This document shows positions 7,249-13,679 of a stretch of 19,671 bases of DNA, in pieces. The stretch lies in NCBI GenBank assembly GCA_016839445.1, contig JAEOUG010000041.1:1-19671 (forward strand), given 5' to 3'. Positions within the stretch are counted from its first letter, which is position 1. Each line of letters begins with the position of its first letter. A model generated the notes under the pieces. It saw nothing but the letters and a program-made list of their open reading frames with translations, searched no databases and was not told the origin of the DNA. Source of the DNA: Candidatus Thorarchaeota archaeon. GTDB taxonomy: Archaea > Asgardarchaeota > Thorarchaeia > Thorarchaeales > Thorarchaeaceae. Both the position numbers and the translations under genes were made by a program.

Positions 7249-8819
7249 TCGATCTCGACTTCGCCTTCTTTGAGCTTGACATCCTTCAGAGTGGAAACTA
7301 CCTTCTCTCCGCGGACAGTAAGAGCTCCAAGCTTCTCAAGTTCTCTTGCCCACTTCTTGATAAGACCCACGGGAGTGCCAAGCGACTTGCCAAGTTCCGT
7401 GAAAGTTATGGACCCTACTTCGTCCACAAGAAGCAGAACCTTTGTGTTGTTCTCCATCCCTAGGACGCTGATATACCGCTTTGTCCTCTCGTCGGAGAGG
7501 TCTCTCTGTTCGAGAGCAATGTCGCGCTCCTTCTCCATCAGACGTGTCGCCTTTTCGAATGCCTCTTTTTGCATCTCGAGGATTGGTATCTGCTCATTTG
7601 TCTCCTTCAGCTGCCTCTCGAGATCGTGGATGCGCTTATCCAGCTCTTTGATCTCAGAAATCCGACCCTGAAGGGAGTCAAGTTCAGCTTCGCGGGCCTT
7701 TGCCTCCTGGTTGGCTGCATCTCTCTCGGCTTTTGCATCGCTGATTTGCACTTCAAGTTCCTTGATTGTGGCTTGCGCAGCATCGCTTTCCTTACGCTTG
7801 TCTTCAAGCGTTGATTCCAGCATCTCCACCTTTGTCTGCATGGCCTCAAGCTCAGCCTCAGCTTTCTCCACCTGTGGCTTGGCAGCTTCTATCTCAGTTC
7901 TGTATGCCTCGTACTCGGTCTGTACTTCTCCGAGTTTCATGCGGGCCTCTTCCGCCTCAGCTTTGGCCTCTTCTACATCCTTGAGACGAGCATCGACCTG
8001 GACTTCTCTCATTAGGAGTTCATCACGCAGTGTGCCGACCTGCTTCTCGAGTTCGGCAACGCGGCGTTCGTACTCCTGTACTGTGGATGCAGTAGCCCTG
8101 GACGCAGTGGCTGTCGACTGCAGTCTTCTGACTTCTGCCTCAAGGCGAGTCACTTCCTGGGCCTTCTCGGCAAGCTCCTCACGCTGCGCTCCGGTCTCCT
8201 CTTCGAGACTCTGCATGAAGGAGCGCACAACGTCCTGTTGCTCGACTATTGTTGTCCTAAGGTCTACCTCAGACTCTCGAACTCTGAGGGCAAACTCCTT
8301 GAATCGCTCTTGAGTCTGTTCGACTATCTTGTCTACGAGATCCTTCTCTAGAGCCGCGAACTCAGTATCAACGATGTCGACGAATGTTGACTCGATGAAC
8401 TGCTTGAAGAACTTCATTCGAAGTCTCTCGACCATCTCTTCTGAGATGCGAGACTTCAGCTCGACGACCTTGCCACGGAATGCGAGGAGCTGAGCTGCGA
8501 ATACTCCCACGACACCTCTCTGCAGAGATGAGATGTCTGAACGAAGAGTCTCAAGTTTCAGAAGTAGTGCGTCGAATCCCGCAACCGCATCATCCTGCTC
8601 TGGTCGCTCTACCGGTCCCGTGGTTTCCAGTGTGTCAACGAATTCAAGTGCCATAGCGGCCGCTGTGACAAGATCCTCACTGTCCTCAACGGGCATGACA
8701 ACCTCTCCGCTATCATCAACACCCTCTGCGAGCCGCTCCAGCTCGGCGTCTGTGAGGATTGCGCTCTTGAGAGCATCTTCCATCTCAGACCTTTCCTTGT
8801 CAGTGAGTTTCTTTGACAT
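7245..8819 (-). CDS. Long coiled-coil protein with acidic N-terminus and C-terminal winged-helix domain
   Basis: About 350 aa of E/K/Q/L heptads. C-terminal KVLLLVDEVGSITFTELGKSLG.PVGLIKKWARELEKLGALTV is wHTH-like. No Walker A motif. ATG 8819 has a GGGGA RBS. Confidence 0.82.
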   Translation of the reverse strand: MSKKLTDKERSEMEDALKSAILTDAELERLAEGVDDSGEVVMPVEDSEDLVTAAAMALEFVDTLETTGPVERPEQDDAVAGFDALLLKLETLRSDISSLQRGVVGVFAAQLLAFRGKVVELKSRISEEMVERLRMKFFKQFIESTFVDIVDTEFAALEKDLVDKIVEQTQERFKEFALRVRESEVDLRTTIVEQQDVVRSFMQSLEEETGAQREELAEKAQEVTRLEAEVRRLQSTATASRATASTVQEYERRVAELEKQVGTLRDELLMREVQVDARLKDVEEAKAEAEEARMKLGEVQTEYEAYRTEIEAAKPQVEKAEAELEAMQTKVEMLESTLEDKRKESDAAQATIKELEVQISDAKAERDAANQEAKAREAELDSLQGRISEIKELDKRIHDLERQLKETNEQIPILEMQKEAFEKATRLMEKERDIALEQRDLSDERTKRYISVLGMENNTKVLLLVDEVGSITFTELGKSLGTPVGLIKKWARELEKLGALTVRGEKVVSTLKDVKLKEGEVEID

Positions 8820-8863
8820 CTGGTATGTCCCCAGCAACCGTGCTGGTGTTACTGTGCGATGCA

Positions 8864-8926
8864 GACTATAAGGTTTGTCGATACGTAATTGGAGTAGCCC
8901 GGAAAATCACGAGAAAGCTCTTATGC
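8864..8926. promoter_or_regulatory. Two divergent BRE/TATA-like promoters
   Basis: - strand CAAACCTTATAG (about 8866-8877) upstream of the coiled-coil gene; + strand GAAAGCTCTTATG (about 8913-8925) upstream of the surface-protein gene. Confidence 0.5.
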
Positions 8927-8971
8927 ATTCCCGAGCGGCTTGGGGACACAAACTCGCGCGGTTGAACCAAG

Positions 8972-11458
8972 ATGAAAAAACGCAATCAATCAACAGTGTT
9001 GTTTGTCTTTGTCTTGGCTGTTCTTGGTCTGTCAACTCTAGTAGGCACGCCAAACATAGCTACTCAGACGAACTCAACCGGTTCTGCGATAGACACATCA
9101 GTTGCTTCTGCCATCCCCCGTGATGTCAGAGTCGCTGTGTACGCAGAACAGAACCTCACAGCTCCTGCCTACGCTGGGTCATATGGAGGAGACACAGGCA
9201 ACAATGCCTCTGAGATGAGCAACATCCTTGAAGCAGGAGGATACGACGTCACACTCCTCACTACAGCTGACATAGCTGAACACAAGCTGCTCACCTCAGC
9301 CTATGACGTCTTCGTAATGACTGACATTCTTCCTAGAGAGAACATCACACACCTAGTATGGGACTTCTATGCCGGCGGTGGCGGTCTGCTAGCGCTGGAC
9401 GGAGCAGGATTGTTCCTCTGCTACATGGGCATCGTGCCATCGGAGGCTACAGGTACAACTGGATATCCGACGTACTGGGCCTACCAAGGCCAGGATCTTG
9501 TCATTGAGACGCGTCATCCCGTTACCAAGAGCTACGCTGTCAACGACACCTTTGACACAGATGACGGGTATCTCTACTTCCGTTGGGACTGGTCTGCGCT
9601 CTCTATGAGTTCAATTGGTCCGCATCTTACCCGAATCGCGAACTCCACCGACAATCCCGATGGTGTTGGCGCACTTGCTTACGATTCCGTTGTTGGAGGA
9701 AACGTTGTACACCTCATGGTAGACCTCAGGCAGAACGACTACGATGGACTACAGCAGATGATAATCGATGCTGCAGACTGGCTATGTCCTCGGCCAAAGG
9801 CTCGTATTGCCTTTGACTACACACACATGCCAAGACTCGGTGTTGATGCACACGATGAGAACACCCAGTACCCAGGCTACTACTCAGAACTGAGAAACTA
9901 CTGGACTGCAAGGGACTTCACATTCGACAAGTTGTACCCGTCGACAGAAGGCAATCTCACAGCTAGCCGACTGGCTTCCTACGACATGCTTGTGCTTGTG
10001 TCACCTGACTATAACTTCACGGTGGCAGAGAGGACTGCAGTCATGGACTGGGTGAGCAATGGAGGCTCGATTTTCGTCTTTTCAGAATCATGGAGTCTAC
10101 CTTCACTTAGGATACCCATTGACCAGCTCAACTTACTTATGGAACCACTTGACATGGAAGTAAACGAAACAGTTAGCGCGGGATCGCCACTGGGGGTTCC
10201 GGTTACCGCTGACATCCCGATAGTAGAGAGATGTTCCCTTGGTATCCAGCCTGCTGCATCTGGAGCCATCAACATAACTGGCCCTGGAGCAGAAGGTGTA
10301 TGGATTGGGGAGGGCGATATCTTGGCTGCTAGTGAGGTCTTCGGAATTGGCAGAGTTGTTCTCGTGGCCGACATGAACTGGGCCGACAATGCACACATCA
10401 CTGGCGTACACAATGCGCAGTTCGCGATCAATGTCGCAAACTGGCTTACAGCAGATGACGCTCAGATTCTACTCTATGTCGACGAGCCATACAGCGAGAA
10501 CTACTTCCGAACTCCTGTTGTTGGCGCCTTGAATGATCTGGGATACAGCTTCTATCTTACAGCGTCCGACTACTACCTGAACGTGTCTCTTGTAGATTCC
10601 CAATACACTGTGCTAATCTTGGACATTCCTTGGTCCGGAGTCACCGACTACTACGCTGATATCGACAGATTCGTGCAGGCAGGAGGCAGGCTTCTCATGA
10701 GCGATTATCATGCAGACTCTCACTCAGACAGCACGCTCTGGGCGACTCTTGGTTTCGAGTTCAATGGTGAAGGTCTGAACTCGGCACCTCTCTACATCTG
10801 GAATTCTGCCCACAGTATCTTCAACGTGCCAAATGACTATGGCGCAGCGAACTTCACGCCGTACACTGACTACGGGGACGAAGGTGACAGGCTCACAGTG
10901 ACAAGCGGCATGGCTTTGGCAGGCTGGACATCCACTCCCACAATTGGCGATGCAAGCATTGTCCTTGGGAGTTCTGGCAGAACACTATACAACGGTTATC
11001 TCATCGACGAGTTCACAGGAGACTTGGATGACTCGACATATCCAGACAACTTCGAGTTGTGGGAGAACGAGATTGCTTTCATCATGAGACCGATAGTCAA
11101 TCATCCTGCAGACATTCAGATGCAGGTGGGCGACTCTGTGTTCCTGAACTGGACGATTAATGCACTCGAGGAGTACTACTTCGTCTATTCCATTAACGGA
11201 ACAGATGATTCACTCGGTCAGTCCTCCAGCTCCCTGTTCAGCAGTGACCTCTCGTCTCTTGATCCAGGCGTCTACGAGATGAGTCTCCACGTGAGGAATC
11301 AGTTCTATGCTGGAACGACTGATTATGTCCTGGTGAATGTTACTGCAGCCCCGTCTGCAGGACTTCCCGTTCCGCTGTTGATTGCAGTTGGAGCAGGCAT
11401 CGCAGTTGTGGCCGTGGTCGTTGTTCTGATTCTGAACCGCAAGAAGCCGAAAGAGTAA
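8972..11458 (+). CDS. Secreted, C-terminally membrane-anchored surface glycoprotein with three class I GATase-like (DUF4350/GIFT-like) domains and an Ig-like domain
   Basis: Signal peptide (MKKR + hydrophobic). Three repeats of Y-D/T-hhhh...F/W-h-xxGGxhh, including IAFDYTH...LTASRLASYDMLVLVSP...DWVSNGGSIFV...GRVVLVADMN...FAINVANWL. Many NxS/T sequons, a C-terminal TM helix and a basic tail RKKPKE. Confidence 0.85.
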   Translation: MKKRNQSTVLFVFVLAVLGLSTLVGTPNIATQTNSTGSAIDTSVASAIPRDVRVAVYAEQNLTAPAYAGSYGGDTGNNASEMSNILEAGGYDVTLLTTADIAEHKLLTSAYDVFVMTDILPRENITHLVWDFYAGGGGLLALDGAGLFLCYMGIVPSEATGTTGYPTYWAYQGQDLVIETRHPVTKSYAVNDTFDTDDGYLYFRWDWSALSMSSIGPHLTRIANSTDNPDGVGALAYDSVVGGNVVHLMVDLRQNDYDGLQQMIIDAADWLCPRPKARIAFDYTHMPRLGVDAHDENTQYPGYYSELRNYWTARDFTFDKLYPSTEGNLTASRLASYDMLVLVSPDYNFTVAERTAVMDWVSNGGSIFVFSESWSLPSLRIPIDQLNLLMEPLDMEVNETVSAGSPLGVPVTADIPIVERCSLGIQPAASGAINITGPGAEGVWIGEGDILAASEVFGIGRVVLVADMNWADNAHITGVHNAQFAINVANWLTADDAQILLYVDEPYSENYFRTPVVGALNDLGYSFYLTASDYYLNVSLVDSQYTVLILDIPWSGVTDYYADIDRFVQAGGRLLMSDYHADSHSDSTLWATLGFEFNGEGLNSAPLYIWNSAHSIFNVPNDYGAANFTPYTDYGDEGDRLTVTSGMALAGWTSTPTIGDASIVLGSSGRTLYNGYLIDEFTGDLDDSTYPDNFELWENEIAFIMRPIVNHPADIQMQVGDSVFLNWTINALEEYYFVYSINGTDDSLGQSSSSLFSSDLSSLDPGVYEMSLHVRNQFYAGTTDYVLVNVTAAPSAGLPVPLLIAVGAGIAVVAVVVVLILNRKKPKE

Positions 11459-11462
11459 GAAT

Positions 11463-11502
11463 AGAGACCCCTCCTATTGGAGGGGTTCTCTTCCTTGTTT
11501 TT
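11463..11502 (+). terminator. Hairpin plus T-rich tract between convergent genes
   Basis: AGAGA-CCCCTCC-TATT-GGAGGGG-(T)-TCTCT followed by TCCTTGTTTTT, starting 4 nt after the stop at 11458. Confidence 0.65.
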
Positions 11503-12266
11503 CATTTTCTGAGCACTAGGAATGAGTAGTGCCCAGTCCGACTCAGTTGATTCTGATCGGGCTTGTGATGATAGGTGTCTACATGACCTGATTCGGTCTC
11601 TACGTCGACTCCTTGGATGAAGTGGAAGCCAACCGCTTCGAGAAGTTGCACATTGTCAACTCTGTACAACATGCTTGGCATAGTTACTACTACTATCCCT
11701 TCCGTCTTCATAGAGTCGTAGATGCCCTGCAAGGCTCGATGTGCATCCCCACTCTTCCCATAGTACTCGTGAAGGTATCCGACGATATCGTTGTTGAGAA
11801 TCCCAACGTGGAATGACTCAGATGGAATGGCTCCATGTGTCATGAGAGTACGATCGAATGAAGTCTGCAGTCCGGTGTTCTCATGAAGAAAGTCTGTCAT
11901 GCCTGGTCTGAATGCTGCACTCCTACTCATCGAGTCTAGGCTGGCCTGGACCACTCTGACATCGGCCAGTAGGCGCTCTTCCTCCAGACTTCCCAGAAGG
12001 CTATCAAGTCGCAGCGCATGCAGGTCGATGCAATACACAATCCATCGTCCTTGAGGCTTCGGATTCATAGCGCCTCGCAATAGACGGAGAAAGAATGACG
12101 GGACTCTGTCGTGCTCTCCCGAGGCGAAGTCTGCTAGGAGAATCTCGGAGTTCGTGTCGCTAAGTGTGCGAAGATGCTTCAGAATGATCGAGCTCTCGGT
12201 TATCCATGAGATCGGATATGCTTGCCTGACTTCTCTTTCGAACAAGGCAGAGAGCTCCTGGTTCAT
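11502..12266 (-). CDS. Divergent class I SAM-dependent methyltransferase-like protein
   Basis: Motif I-like ILLADFASGE, motif II-like VYCIDL, then VVQAS, SESFHVGIL and LQGIYDSMKTEGIVVV. ATG 12266 is the likely start because the longer ORF overlaps the next gene. Confidence 0.65.
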   Translation of the reverse strand: MNQELSALFEREVRQAYPISWITESSIILKHLRTLSDTNSEILLADFASGEHDRVPSFFLRLLRGAMNPKPQGRWIVYCIDLHALRLDSLLGSLEEERLLADVRVVQASLDSMSRSAAFRPGMTDFLHENTGLQTSFDRTLMTHGAIPSESFHVGILNNDIVGYLHEYYGKSGDAHRALQGIYDSMKTEGIVVVTMPSMLYRVDNVQLLEAVGFHFIQGVDVETESGHVDTYHHKPDQNQLSRTGHYSFLVLRK

Positions 12267-13509
12267 GAGGGCTCCAAAAGCCCTTATCAGCACATCGACT
12301 TTCTCTTCTCCGAGAGGTGTCCAAGCGATTTCACTTCGCGGAAAGGCAGTAGGCGTCGTTGGCTTCAACGCTCGGCCTATCGCATGCAGTCTCAAGAAGG
12401 CCGGCGCAACAGTCTACGTTTCGGATTACTGGGGCGACGAAGACCTCGTCGCATGTTCTGAAGAGTGGACATCTGTTTTATCGCCTAAGCCACACGAGCG
12501 GCAAAGGCAACCAATCGAGAAGCCGCTTCACGAAGCCCTTGTCGGGAATCTCTTGGACCTCATTTCACCAGATCGACATCTCGACTATATCATGTTTGGA
12601 AGCGGCTTCGATGACCATCCGGAACCACTGCAAACCCTGTGCGAACACACTTCACTAGTGGGAAACAATATCGACGCAATTCGGCGGGCCAGAGACCGCA
12701 AGCTAATCGAGAGTTACCTTACGCAGATAGGGATTCGATTTCCCCTGACTCTACCGGCAGAGGAGTATCTCACGGAGAGGCGCAAGATGGAATTCCCTCT
12801 TGTGTTTCGACCCTCCACTTCAGGAGGGGGTGCGGGTATACGCCTAATCAGGAACAGAATGGCCCTGGAGAAACGCATGGAAACATGCAATGACCCCTCA
12901 GGGTACTTTGTTCAGGAGTACGTGAGGGGCCTGGATGTTTCTTGTAGTGTTCTAGGAACAGGAAAGGAATCAAGTGTTCTCTCAGTTCAGGGACAACTCA
13001 TCGGCATGCCTTTGGCAGGCCAGAACTGCAGTTTCGCCTACTGCGGCAACTACATCCCAGTCCACCTGTCCAAATCGTCCATACTGAGAATTGAAGAAGC
13101 TTCTGCCTCCCTGTGTACGGAACTGGGACTCAGAGGCTCCAACGGCTTCGACTTCGTCGTAACACCCTCTGGGGAGCCAGTCCTGATGGAGGTCAATCCC
13201 CGAATACAAGGGTCTCTGGAGCTGCTAGAGACTGCTGGCTGCCCCTCCGTTACATCCCTTCACTTTGAGGCCCACAACGGCAGTCTGCCAGATAAGAGGT
13301 GCAAACTAGGAGCAGCCGTCAAGCTGATTGTGTATGCTCGAAGAGACCAGGAGGTTTCTGGGCTCACTGGATTTCCGGGCGCCGTGGACAGGACCTTGGA
13401 CGGGGTGTGTGTCAGAAGGGGTGATCCAATATGCACGCTGTTGCAGACAGGCGATAGTGTCGTGGAGTGTTACCATAGAGCATCAGGAATAGCCGCCCGG
13501 ATCATGTAG
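12265..13509 (+). CDS. ATP-grasp domain carboligase (archaeal COG2232-like); start uncertain (ATG 12265 or non-canonical ATT 12328)
   Basis: GFNARPIACS..KAG..VYVSDYWGDEDL, GSGFDD, LVGN, FPLVFRP..SGGGAGI, FVQEYVRG..VS, FAYCGN, LGLRGSNGFDF, MEVNPRIQGS and GDPICT. Confidence 0.88.
   Translation: MRAPKALISTSTFSSPRGVQAISLRGKAVGVVGFNARPIACSLKKAGATVYVSDYWGDEDLVACSEEWTSVLSPKPHERQRQPIEKPLHEALVGNLLDLISPDRHLDYIMFGSGFDDHPEPLQTLCEHTSLVGNNIDAIRRARDRKLIESYLTQIGIRFPLTLPAEEYLTERRKMEFPLVFRPSTSGGGAGIRLIRNRMALEKRMETCNDPSGYFVQEYVRGLDVSCSVLGTGKESSVLSVQGQLIGMPLAGQNCSFAYCGNYIPVHLSKSSILRIEEASASLCTELGLRGSNGFDFVVTPSGEPVLMEVNPRIQGSLELLETAGCPSVTSLHFEAHNGSLPDKRCKLGAAVKLIVYARRDQEVSGLTGFPGAVDRTLDGVCVRRGDPICTLLQTGDSVVECYHRASGIAARIM
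12274..12290. promoter_or_regulatory. BRE/TATA-like element, possibly bidirectional
   Basis: CCAAAAGCCCTTATCAG resembles the other promoter-like elements in this window (AAAGCTCTTATG, AAACCTTATA, AAACCTTAAT). Confidence 0.45.
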
Positions 13510-13679
13510 CATAAGGAGTGCGACTCCTGAGACAAGGTTTTTCACAACAAGCACGAATGAGGTCGCTAGCGTGGTGTAAGGAACTTCTAGAACGCCAAAG
13601 GTGCCCTACTAGATATGATAGCGTAGATCCCTGTGACAGAACCGATTATCCACGTATTAGGAATAGGGATGGATGTTGA

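Noticed and set aside
7245-8819. SMC/Rad50 assignment for the long coiled-coil protein
   Set aside because: No Walker A/B, ABC signature, hinge or CxxC hook.
7270-8871. Long + strand ORFs (133, 200 and 112 aa) antisense to the coiled-coil gene
   Set aside because: Ser-rich shadow frames expected from the reverse complement of Glu/Lys/Leu-rich codons; no motifs.
12154-12395. Apparent 240-bp overlap of the methyltransferase and ATP-grasp ORFs
   Set aside because: Artefact of longest-ORF calling. Domain boundaries, RBS and the promoter-like element support later starts.
13507-13560. Possible pyrrolysine or selenocysteine readthrough of the ATP-grasp TAG followed by a hairpin
   Set aside because: An in-frame TGA follows after only six codons, the domain looks essentially complete, and TAG serves as an ordinary stop for many genes here.
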